60,921 nt of DNA from Candidatus Limnocylindria bacterium (GTDB lineage: Bacteria; Chloroflexota; Limnocylindria; P2-11E). The notes beneath the pieces were generated by a model. That model had not been told where the DNA came from. It ran no database searches and worked only from the letters and a program-made list of their open reading frames with translations. The stretch spans positions 1 to 60,921 of the forward strand of contig DASYSC010000057.1 in the NCBI GenBank assembly GCA_036003765.1, read 5' to 3'. The translations under genes were made by a program, and so were the position numbers. Shown piece by piece: positions 29,040 through 37,470 of this stretch (positions within the stretch are counted from its first letter, which is position 1; the number at the start of each line of letters is the position of its first letter).

Positions 29040-29072
29040 TTAGGCTCGCTTTAGGGAGTTAGGCGAGCCTAA
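29040..29072. promoter_or_regulatory. candidate DtxR/MntR operator in divergent promoter region
   Basis: TTAGGCTCGC-N13-GCGAGCCTAA inverted repeat. It contains the perfect palindrome TTAGGC-GA-GCCTAA (29059-29072) and three TTAGG pentamers, resembling TTAGG/CCTAA DtxR-type boxes. Confidence 0.55.
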
Positions 29073-29118
29073 GACGCAGACTCCCCGCGGCGAGTATCGC
29101 ACCGTAGGAAGGAAGCTG

Positions 29119-29961
29119 ATGAGCACGGTTGAGATCCTGGCGCTGGGCGCGATCGCGGGCTTCACCGTCTTCCTGGGTTTGCCGATGGGTCGCGTACGGA
29201 ATGCCTCGCCGCGCATGCGCTCCTTCCTCAACGCCAGCGCGACCGGGATTCTCCTTTTCCTGTTCTGGGACGTGCTCTCCGAAGTGATCGGGCCGGTCCA
29301 CGCCGCGCTCGCTGAAGCGACGAGCGGCGCCGGGTCCTGGGTGCATTTCTCCTGGCTGGCCGCGGTGTTCGCGGGCTCGCTAACGCTCGGGCTGATGAGC
29401 CTCGTGTATTACGACCTTTGGCTCACGCGCCGTGCCAGGGCACGCCTCGGGCCCGGCGCGGTGGATATCAGTGAGCTCCGAGCGGGACCGATCGCGCGAC
29501 TCGTCCCGGCGCACAGGCTGGCGTTCTTCATCGCTCTGGGCATCGGCTTTCACAACCTCTCGGAGGGCCTGGCGATAGGGCAATCCGCGGCGGCCGGAGA
29601 GCTCCGGCTCGCCCTGGTCCTGGTGATCGGGTTCGCACTGCACAACGCGACCGAGGGCTTCGGGATCGTCGGTCCAATGAGCGGCGACGCGGACCTCCCG
29701 AGCTGGCGTTTCCTCGGAGTGCTCGGGCTCATCGCCGGTGGTCCGACTTTCATCGGCACGGTCATCGGTCAGTCGTTTCAGAACGAGACGGTGTTCGCGG
29801 CCTTCCTCGCGCTCGCGGCGGGATCGATCCTCTACGTGGTCATCGAGCTCCTCGCGGTGGCGCGAAAGCTCGGACACAAGGACTTCACGACGTGGGGCAT
29901 CCTCCTCGGACTGATCCTCGGTTTCGCCACCGACATGATCCTCAGCGCGGTCGGCGCTTGA
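29119..29961 (+). CDS. ZIP-family metal permease
   Basis: Polytopic, with GFHNLSEGLAIG and HNATEGFGIVG motifs. GGAAGGAAG SD upstream. Confidence 0.85.
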   Translation: MSTVEILALGAIAGFTVFLGLPMGRVRNASPRMRSFLNASATGILLFLFWDVLSEVIGPVHAALAEATSGAGSWVHFSWLAAVFAGSLTLGLMSLVYYDLWLTRRARARLGPGAVDISELRAGPIARLVPAHRLAFFIALGIGFHNLSEGLAIGQSAAAGELRLALVLVIGFALHNATEGFGIVGPMSGDADLPSWRFLGVLGLIAGGPTFIGTVIGQSFQNETVFAAFLALAAGSILYVVIELLAVARKLGHKDFTTWGILLGLILGFATDMILSAVGA

Positions 29962-30008
29962 CGAGATAACACACCTTTCTCGTCGCTAGCCCGTTATCGT
30001 TCATCGCG

Positions 30009-31028
30009 GTGTTCGTACGGGAGATCGGCATCGACCTCGGCACGGCCAACGTGATCGTCTACGTCCGCGGTAAGGGCATCGTCCTCACCGAGCCTTCGGT
30101 CGTGGCCCTCGCGAACGAGGACGGGCAGACGCGACCGCGGATCGTCGCCGTCGGCGAGGAAGCGCGACTGATGCTGGGCCGTACGCCGGGAACGATCACC
30201 GCGCTCCGTCCGATGCGGGACGGCGTCATCGCCGATTACGTGATCACCGAGTACATGCTCAGGTACTTCATCCAGAAGGTCTGCGGACGCGTCTCGTTCT
30301 TCCACCCCCTGCTGATGATCTGCGTCCCCTCCGGCGTGACGAGCGTCGAGCGGCGCGCGGTGAAGGACGCGGCGATCCGCGCCGGCGCGCGGGAGGCGCA
30401 CCTCATCGAGGAGCCGCTCGCGGCCGCGATCGGCGCGAACATCCCGATCTCGGGCCCCTCCGGCAACCTCATCATCGACATCGGCGGAGGCACCGCGGAG
30501 ATCGCGGTGATCTCGCTCGGCGGCATCGTCGTGTCCCGGAGCGTGCGCGCCGCGGGCAACAAGCTCGACGAAGCGATCGCGAACTTCGTACGCAAGCGCT
30601 ACAACTTGATGATCGGCGAGCGCACCGCGGAAGACGTCAAGATCCAGATCGGCTCCGCCCTGCCGATGGACCCCGAGCTCACCATGGAGGTGCGCGGCCG
30701 CGACCTGATCGCCGGTCTTCCACGGACCATCACGATCGGATCGAACGAGATCACCGAGGCGATGGATCCGGTCCTTCAACAGATCATCGGCGCCGTGAAG
30801 GGCGTGCTCGAGGAGACTCCTCCGGAGCTCGCGTCGGATGTCATCGACAAGGGCATGGTCCTTTCGGGCGGCGGCGCGCTCCTCCGCAACATGGACAAGC
30901 TGCTGACCCAGGTCACCGGGGTCGCCTGCTACGTGGCTGAGAACCCGCTCTATTGCGTCGCGAAGGGCACGGGTCTCGCGCTCGAGCACCTCGACTTCTT
31001 CCGCAGAAGCCTCGTCGCCGTCCGTTAG
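30009..31028 (+). CDS. mreB: rod-shape actin homologue MreB
   Basis: [26 protein letters not shown] and [11 protein letters not shown]. Confidence 0.95.
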   Translation: MFVREIGIDLGTANVIVYVRGKGIVLTEPSVVALANEDGQTRPRIVAVGEEARLMLGRTPGTITALRPMRDGVIADYVITEYMLRYFIQKVCGRVSFFHPLLMICVPSGVTSVERRAVKDAAIRAGAREAHLIEEPLAAAIGANIPISGPSGNLIIDIGGGTAEIAVISLGGIVVSRSVRAAGNKLDEAIANFVRKRYNLMIGERTAEDVKIQIGSALPMDPELTMEVRGRDLIAGLPRTITIGSNEITEAMDPVLQQIIGAVKGVLEETPPELASDVIDKGMVLSGGGALLRNMDKLLTQVTGVACYVAENPLYCVAKGTGLALEHLDFFRRSLVAVR

Positions 31029-31031
31029 GTC

Positions 31032-31769
31032 TTGTCCGCGCGCGTCAACGTCCTTGGGATCGGCTTTGACCGGCTCGACCTCGCTGACGCCGCCGAATAC
31101 GTTGTCGACCGGCATGCTCGGGGTGAGCGCACCTTCGTCATCACCGCGAACCCGGAGTTCGTGATGCTTGCGCGCCGCGAGCGCGAGCTGGGTTCGCTCG
31201 CGCAGGCGGCGGACCTGGTCGTAGCCGACGGCACCGGCGTCCTCGTCGCCTCGCGGCTCCTTGGCGATCCGCTCCCGGCGCGCGTTCCGGGCCGGTTGCT
31301 CGTGCCTGCGATCCTCGGCCGGATATCGGGCGCTGGCGCTTCAGTCTTTCTGCTCGGCGCCGCACCGGGCGTCGCGGAGCGCGCCGCGGAGGAGCTCTCG
31401 CGGCGCATCCCGGCGATCCGCGTCGCCGGCGCGTATGCCGGCACGCCGTCGCCCGCCGAGGACGACGCGATCCGCGAACGCATCCGAGCGGCCGACCCGC
31501 GTGTCCTCCTCGTCGCCTACGGCATGCCCGCGCAGGAGCGTTGGATCGCGCGGAACCTTCCGCGGCTTCCGTCGGTGCGCGTTGCGATCGGCGTGGGCGG
31601 CGTGTTCGATCAGCTCGCGGGCCGCGTGCGGTTGCCGCCCGCGATGGTCCACGCGGTGGGGCTCGAGTGGCTCTGGAGGCTCGCCTTCGAGCCGCGCCGC
31701 TGGCGCCGCCAGCGCGTGCTGCCGCTCTTCGCCGCGCTCGTCGTGCGGCAGCGCGTCTTCGGCCGGTGA
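31032..31769 (+). CDS. tagA: WecB/TagA/CpsF-family glycosyltransferase
   Basis: VNVLGIGFDRLDL, FVITANPEFVM and LLVAYGMPAQERWI. TTG start 3 nt after the mreB stop. Confidence 0.82.
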   Translation: MSARVNVLGIGFDRLDLADAAEYVVDRHARGERTFVITANPEFVMLARRERELGSLAQAADLVVADGTGVLVASRLLGDPLPARVPGRLLVPAILGRISGAGASVFLLGAAPGVAERAAEELSRRIPAIRVAGAYAGTPSPAEDDAIRERIRAADPRVLLVAYGMPAQERWIARNLPRLPSVRVAIGVGGVFDQLAGRVRLPPAMVHAVGLEWLWRLAFEPRRWRRQRVLPLFAALVVRQRVFGR

Positions 31770-32866
31770 AGCTCGCGCTCGCCCACGAGTATTTCGTCGC
31801 CCACGGCGGCGCCGAGCGCGTCGTCGAGACCCTGCATGGGATGTGGCCCGAGGCGCCCGTCTACACGTTCTTCCACGATCGCCGCCGCTACGGTCCCCTC
31901 GACGGGTGGAACCTCCGGACGAGCTATCTCCAGCGCCTGCTCCTCGGTGAGAGTCATCGCGTGCTTCTTCCGCTCTACCCGAACGCCGCGCGGGCGCTCC
32001 ATGTCCCGCCGGACACCGACGCGGTGGTCGTCTCCACGAGCGCCTTCATCAAAGGCATCGGTCTCGCGGACCGGACGGTCGAGATCGCGTACTGCCATTC
32101 GCCCACGAGGTACCTCTACGACTGGAGCGAGCGGTACCTGCAGGAAGAAGTGCCCGCGCCCCTCCACCCTTTCATGCGCGATCTGCTCGGCCGGCTCCGT
32201 GAGACCGATCGGCGGTTTGCCGAGCGGGTCGATCGATGGATCGCGAACTCAACCGCGGTCCGGGATCGGATCCTCAGGTATTACGAGGTCCGAATCCCCG
32301 TCGATGTCGTGCCCCCACCGATCGACGTCGAGTCATTTCGAGTGCACGAAGAGCGCGGGGACTTCTGGCTCTTTGTCGGACGCCTCTCGGCGTACAAGCG
32401 CGCCGACGTCGCGGTGCGCGCGTTCAGCGATCTCGGCATGCGACTGATGGTCGTGGGCGAGGGACGCGAGCGCGGCGCGCTCGAACGGATCGCCGGAGAG
32501 AACGTGGCCTTCACCGGGCGAGCCGATGACGCCACGCTCAAGGATCTGCTCGCCTCCGCTCGCGGGCTCGTCTTCCCCTCCGAAGACGATTTCGGGATGG
32601 TCTGCGTCGAGGCGCTCGCGTCGGGCGCGCCGGTCGTCGCGCTGGCGGCAGGCGGCGTCTTCGACATCGTCCGTGACGGAGAGGATGGAGCGCTCGTCGA
32701 CGTCGCCGAGCCGCGCGCCTTCGCCGAGGCGGTGCTTCGCATCGAGAGGAGGCGGTTCGAACCGAAAGCGCTTCGCGACTCGGCGCGCCGCTTCGATGTG
32801 TCACGATTCCGCGAGCGCGTGCGCGGAATCGTCGAGGATGCGTATGCGAAAGGAAGGGTGTCATAG
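31766..32866 (+). CDS. GT-B glycosyltransferase (group 1 / GT4)
   Basis: VKLALAHEYFVAHGGAERV at the N-terminus and EDDFGMVCVEALASGAPVVA (E-x7-E). GTGA overlap with tagA. Confidence 0.85.
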   Translation: MKLALAHEYFVAHGGAERVVETLHGMWPEAPVYTFFHDRRRYGPLDGWNLRTSYLQRLLLGESHRVLLPLYPNAARALHVPPDTDAVVVSTSAFIKGIGLADRTVEIAYCHSPTRYLYDWSERYLQEEVPAPLHPFMRDLLGRLRETDRRFAERVDRWIANSTAVRDRILRYYEVRIPVDVVPPPIDVESFRVHEERGDFWLFVGRLSAYKRADVAVRAFSDLGMRLMVVGEGRERGALERIAGENVAFTGRADDATLKDLLASARGLVFPSEDDFGMVCVEALASGAPVVALAAGGVFDIVRDGEDGALVDVAEPRAFAEAVLRIERRRFEPKALRDSARRFDVSRFRERVRGIVEDAYAKGRVS

Positions 32867-32889
32867 GCACCGAGTCGCCTCGCGTTCGC

Positions 32890-33555
32890 GTGGACATGCA
32901 CACGCACAGCGAGGCGTCGCCTGATAGCCGGACATCCATCGCCGATCAGGCGCGGGCGATCCGCGCGGCCGGGCTCGACGTGGTGTGCGCGACAGACCAC
33001 AACACAATCCTCGGCGCGCTGCGCCTGCGCGAGATCGCGGACGGCTTCCGGGTCATCGTCGGCGAGGAGATCAGCTCGCGCGACGGGGAGATCATCGGAC
33101 TCTTTCTCGAGAGCGCCGTCCCACGCGATCTGGGCGGCGAGGAGACCATCGCGCGGATCCGCGACCAGGGCGGGATCGTCGTGATCCCGCATCCGTTCAG
33201 CATCAACCGCCGCTATCACATGCGACGTGCGGCGCTCGATCGCTTGCGCCCGACGATCGACGCGCTCGAGGTCTTCAACGCGCGCGAGGCCTTCGCCTTG
33301 AACAATCGAGCGGCCGCGAGCTACGCCCGCGAGCACCGGATGATCGGTGCGGCGGGGAGCGACGCGCACCGCGCGGTCGAGATCGGCCGGGCGTTCGTGG
33401 AGATGCCTGACTTCGCCGGTCGCGCGGACTTCATCGAAGCGCTGCGCGCCGGCACCGTGCACGGTCGCCTCTCCGGGACGACGGTTCATTTCCTCACGCG
33501 CTACGACCGCCTACGGAAGTGGCTCGGACGAAAGAGCTCGAGCGCGACCCGCTAG
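32890..33555 (+). CDS. PHP-domain phosphoesterase
   Basis: MDMHTHSEASPDS, VCATDHNT, VVIPHPF and AGSDAH metal-ligand motifs. Confidence 0.8.
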   Translation: MDMHTHSEASPDSRTSIADQARAIRAAGLDVVCATDHNTILGALRLREIADGFRVIVGEEISSRDGEIIGLFLESAVPRDLGGEETIARIRDQGGIVVIPHPFSINRRYHMRRAALDRLRPTIDALEVFNAREAFALNNRAAASYAREHRMIGAAGSDAHRAVEIGRAFVEMPDFAGRADFIEALRAGTVHGRLSGTTVHFLTRYDRLRKWLGRKSSSATR

Positions 33556-34610
33556 CTCGGGGGTCTGAGGGGGCGAAGCCCCCTCACTCGCATATCGAGG
33601 ACCCGAGCATCGAGCAGCTCGCCGAGGAGGCGGGGCATACCGACGAGCGCGCCGTCCAGCGGCAGCTGTTCGGCTGGCGCGAGCTCGTGTCGACGGCGAT
33701 CCCGCTCGCGCTCATCGCCTTCTTCGCACGCAACGTCGACTGGTCGCAGGCCTTCGCGACGCTCCGTACCTCGGACCCGCTCTACGTGATCGCCGCGCTG
33801 GGCGTGTATTACCTCTCGTTCCCGATCCGCGCGATCCGTTGGGCCCGCCTGCTACGGGAGGGCGGCGTCGACATACAGGGACGCGACCTGCTGCGCATCC
33901 TCATGCTGGGCTGGTTTGTGAACTGCCTCGTGCCGGCGAAGCTCGGTGACCTGTACCGCAGCTACCTCGTGAAGCGCCGCTTCGGGATCTCGCTCTCGCG
34001 CACCGTCGGCGTCGTGGTCGCCGAAAGGCTCCTCGACCTCTTCGTGGTCTTTGGGCTCCTCGTCGTAGGCGGGTACGTCGCGTTCGGGCGGACGGTGAGC
34101 CCAGACCTGAACGTCGTGTACGTCACCGGCGCGGCCCTGGGGGTCCTCATTGTCCTCGGCCTCGTCGGGATCTACGCACTCGCGCCGCGGTTGGCGCGCT
34201 TCTTCCCGGCCGAGGTCCGGCGGATCGGCCGCCTCTTCCGCGAAGGCGTGCTGCACAGCTTCCGCGCGCTGCCGGTCGCGGGACCGTTGACCCTGCTCGT
34301 CTGGTTCTTCGAGGCCGGCCGCCTGCTCTTCGTCCTCGGCGCGCTCGGCCTCTACCTGCCGCCCTCGCAGATCGTCTTCGTCGCCGTTGCGTCGTCGCTC
34401 TTGACAACGGTGCCGCTCACGCCCGCAGGCTTCGGCTTCGTCGAGATCGCGATGGTGTACGTCCTCACCGCGGGGTTCGGTCTCGCGCAGAACGAAGCTG
34501 TGGCGGTGGCGGTCCTCGACCGAGCGGTGAGCGTCTTCTCCGTGATCGTCGTCGGCGGCGTCCTCTACCTGCGCTCGCAGCGGGCGGAGCGGATCGGCGC
34601 GAGGCTGTGA
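33519..34610 (+). CDS. UPF0104 / lysyl-PG-synthase-TM-like flippase-type membrane protein
   Basis: Polytopic, with LVPAKLGDLYRSYLVKRR and FGFVEIAMV typical of the family. Start uncertain: ATG 33519 overlaps the PHP gene and spans the hairpin; GTG near 33688 is an alternative. Confidence 0.7.
   Translation: MARTKELERDPLARGSEGAKPPHSHIEDPSIEQLAEEAGHTDERAVQRQLFGWRELVSTAIPLALIAFFARNVDWSQAFATLRTSDPLYVIAALGVYYLSFPIRAIRWARLLREGGVDIQGRDLLRILMLGWFVNCLVPAKLGDLYRSYLVKRRFGISLSRTVGVVVAERLLDLFVVFGLLVVGGYVAFGRTVSPDLNVVYVTGAALGVLIVLGLVGIYALAPRLARFFPAEVRRIGRLFREGVLHSFRALPVAGPLTLLVWFFEAGRLLFVLGALGLYLPPSQIVFVAVASSLLTTVPLTPAGFGFVEIAMVYVLTAGFGLAQNEAVAVAVLDRAVSVFSVIVVGGVLYLRSQRAERIGARL
33566..33586 (+). terminator. 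perfect GC hairpin 11 nt after PHP stop (no T-tract)
   Basis: TGAGGGGGC-gaa-GCCCCCTCA, 9-bp stem. Could be a terminator, a stabiliser or a repeat element. Confidence 0.4.
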
Positions 34611-36109
34611 CGCGTGCGCTGATCTGGCTCTCGCTCGCGCTCCTCGCGTTCCGCATGCTGTCGGCCGCGTTTCTGGTGATCCAACCCGGCTTCACCGACG
34701 CGTACTACTACATCGACGTCGCGCGCCGCCTGGCGCACGGCCAGGGTCTGACGGCGGACTTCGTGTGGAACTTCATCGAAGCTCCCCAGTTCGAGCCACT
34801 ACCCGTACCGAGCCATCGGTTCTGGATGCCTCTTGCGACGGTCGTGCAGGCTGCCGGCATCGCGACCCTCGAGCCTCTGCTCGGCACATTCCGCGCGGCG
34901 CAGGCCGCGATCATCGCGGTCGCAGCGTTCATCCCGGCCGCGACCTACGTCGCCGCAAGGACCCTTCGCGCGACGCCGCGTGCGGCGCTCGCCGGTGCCG
35001 CGCTCGCCGGCATCGGTGGCGGCGCCTTCGCGCCCGCGTGGGTCACCCTCGATTCCTTCGCGATCGCGGCGCTCGCCGGGACGTCCTTCTTCATCGCCTT
35101 CGCGCGAGCAGCGGACGGCGACGTCCGCGCGGGCGCGCTCGCCGGAGCTCTCGTCGGTCTTCTCTTCCTAGCGCGTGCCGAGGGAGCGCTCTTCGGCGTC
35201 GCCCTACTTATGCTCGCTGCACAGCCGGTGTCGCGCCGCGCGGGTGTCGCCGGTGCTGTGATCGCGCTCGCCGTCGGGCTCGGATGGCTCGCTCGGGGTC
35301 AATTCCTCGGCGGATCGCCTGACCTCCTCGCCCGCTCGGCGCTGCTCGCCCGGTACGAAGATTTCTTCGCGATCCATCCGACCGGTGTCGCAGACCTCGC
35401 CGCCATTGTGATGACCCGCGTCGGCGCGCTCTGGTCCGATCTGATGGTCGCGCTCTTCGGGTTGCTCGCCTTTCTCGCGTTCCCCCTGTACCTCGGCCTG
35501 CGCGCAGCGTGGCGGCTCCCGGCGGTGCGCGCCTTCGCCGGGCTCGCGCTCTTTGTCTACCTCGCGGAGGGCGTGATCTGGCCGCTCCACGCGACGCGCG
35601 GCTCGTACTTCCACTCCCTCGCCGCCTTCTATCCATTCGCGATGGCCGTCGTCGCCCGGGGCGGAGAGGCCTGGCTCACGCAGCGCGATGCAGCGATGCG
35701 CCGGCTGGCGGTGACCGGCACGCTGTTCGCCGCCGCGGCCCTGGCGCTCTTCGGCCTTGTGACGTGGGACACCGCCTTCAACGCGCCCTATCGCGCGCGG
35801 CTCGCCGCGCTGGACGCGATCCCCGCGGGGCCGTTCCTCGCGGTCGACGCGGCTGCCTGGCGCTGGATCGCGGATCGTCCCGTTCTGGTGACCCCCGCGG
35901 ATGGCCCGGACCTCGCCTTCTGCCTCGCGAGCTGGTACGGAGCGGGCAGCGTGGTGCTCGAAGCCGCGCATTTCTCGGCCTACACCCCGCTCTACGACGG
36001 CGGGACGAACCAGTTCGCCGGGCCTCCGATTGAGCGCGGCACGGTCCGCATCTATCCGGTCCGGAGTGACGCGCGCTGCCGCCTCTTCATCGGCGTCGAT
36101 CAACGGTGA
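34607..36109 (+). CDS. GT-C fold membrane glycosyltransferase (GT39/ArnT-PMT-like)
   Basis: 500 aa, polytopic. First-loop motif GFTDAYYYIDVARRLAHGQG. GTGA overlap. Confidence 0.62.
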   Translation: MTRALIWLSLALLAFRMLSAAFLVIQPGFTDAYYYIDVARRLAHGQGLTADFVWNFIEAPQFEPLPVPSHRFWMPLATVVQAAGIATLEPLLGTFRAAQAAIIAVAAFIPAATYVAARTLRATPRAALAGAALAGIGGGAFAPAWVTLDSFAIAALAGTSFFIAFARAADGDVRAGALAGALVGLLFLARAEGALFGVALLMLAAQPVSRRAGVAGAVIALAVGLGWLARGQFLGGSPDLLARSALLARYEDFFAIHPTGVADLAAIVMTRVGALWSDLMVALFGLLAFLAFPLYLGLRAAWRLPAVRAFAGLALFVYLAEGVIWPLHATRGSYFHSLAAFYPFAMAVVARGGEAWLTQRDAAMRRLAVTGTLFAAAALALFGLVTWDTAFNAPYRARLAALDAIPAGPFLAVDAAAWRWIADRPVLVTPADGPDLAFCLASWYGAGSVVLEAAHFSAYTPLYDGGTNQFAGPPIERGTVRIYPVRSDARCRLFIGVDQR

Positions 36110-37470
36110 CCGCCTGGCGAGTCGCACCCGTCTATCTCGCGGCTGCCGCCTTCGCCATCGCCGTATCGCTCCACGGTGGCGACCCGGATACGTACTGGCA
36201 TCTCGCTTCCGCGAAATGGATGGTCGATCACGGCCAACTTTTGAGGATGGACGTCTTTTCGAGCACGGTGACCGGCCAGCCGTACAGCGTCGGCGAGTGG
36301 CTCGGTCAGCTCGCTCTCTACGCGGCCCACCTCGGCGGCGGTTGGACCGGCATTGCGCTTCTGCGGGCCACGCTCGTCGCGATCGGCGCGTTCTTCCTGA
36401 CGCGCGCCGCCCTCCGCGTTGCGCCCGCGCCGTTCGCGATCGCGATCACCGCCTTCGCGCTCGCGCTCTCCGAGATCACGTGGACGGATCGACCGCAGCT
36501 CTTCACCCTCGCCCTCTTCCCGATGCTGTTCGAGCTGCTCCTCGCCGCGCGCGCCGGCCGGACTGCCTTGCTTGCGGCCGTCCCTCCGCTTCTTCTGGTC
36601 TGGACGAATCTGCATGGCGGATACGCGCTCGGTCTGGCTCTCGTCGCTATCTTTGCCGGTGAGGCGATCCTCACGCGGCGGAGCGCGGTTGCGTTCGCGG
36701 GTGCCGCGATTCTCGGACTTGCGGCGACGTTCATCGATCCGGGATCGCTCGGTCTTGGCGCGGCCGCCGCGCACGCCGCATCGCCGCCTCGGTTCATCGT
36801 CGAAGAAGCTCCTCCCGACGTCCTCAAGCCGGCGGGCTTCGTCTTCGCCGTGTTCGGCCTCGCCGCGCTGGCGCTCGCGATCGCCCGGGGCGGCACCCTG
36901 CTCGACGCGCTGCTGCTCGTCCCGCTTTTCTGGCTCGGACTTTCCGCGCAGCGGCACATGCCGTATTTCGCGTACGCGGCGACTCCCTTCATCGCCGCGG
37001 GCGCGGGCGAGCTTTGGTCGCGCTGGCGGCCGGCGTCGCGGTTCGCCTTGCCGCGGCCCGCGACTCTTGGAATCGGCGCGGGGCTTGCCGCGGTGCTCGC
37101 GTTCAGCCTCGCGACCGCACCGTATGCGCCTGACGAGTCCCGTTATCCGGTCGCCGCGCGCGATCAGCTCAAGGCGACGACAGGAAACCTTCTGAACGAA
37201 TACGACTGGGGCGGCTTCCTCATCTGGCGGGTCCCCGAACGTCCGGTGTTCGTCGACGGCCGGCTGTTCGTGTTCCTGCCGGACGTGCTCACCGACTACG
37301 AAGAGATGGTCTTCGTGCGACCGCGCTGGCGCGAGGAACTCGATCGCTATGCGATCGGCGAGGTGCTGCTGCACCCCGACCGCCCGCTCGTCGCCGCGCT
37401 CCGGGATCAGGGCTGGACGGTGCTCGCGCAGGACGCGAATGCGGTCCTGCTGCGGCGGCCGGCACGGTGA
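36106..37470 (+). CDS. polytopic membrane protein, GT-C-like, paralogue A
   Basis: DPDTYWHLASAKWMVDHGQLLRMDVFSSTVTGQPYSVGEWLGQ, 12 or more predicted TM segments and a soluble C-terminal region (NEYDWGGFLIWR...VFVDGR). GTGA overlap. Confidence 0.5.
   Translation: MTAWRVAPVYLAAAAFAIAVSLHGGDPDTYWHLASAKWMVDHGQLLRMDVFSSTVTGQPYSVGEWLGQLALYAAHLGGGWTGIALLRATLVAIGAFFLTRAALRVAPAPFAIAITAFALALSEITWTDRPQLFTLALFPMLFELLLAARAGRTALLAAVPPLLLVWTNLHGGYALGLALVAIFAGEAILTRRSAVAFAGAAILGLAATFIDPGSLGLGAAAAHAASPPRFIVEEAPPDVLKPAGFVFAVFGLAALALAIARGGTLLDALLLVPLFWLGLSAQRHMPYFAYAATPFIAAGAGELWSRWRPASRFALPRPATLGIGAGLAAVLAFSLATAPYAPDESRYPVAARDQLKATTGNLLNEYDWGGFLIWRVPERPVFVDGRLFVFLPDVLTDYEEMVFVRPRWREELDRYAIGEVLLHPDRPLVAALRDQGWTVLAQDANAVLLRRPAR

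Noticed and set aside
32751-32765. GGTTCGAACC, a tRNA T-arm-like sequence
   Set aside because: It lies inside the GT4 coding frame (RRRFEPK). No acceptor or anticodon stems can be drawn around it.
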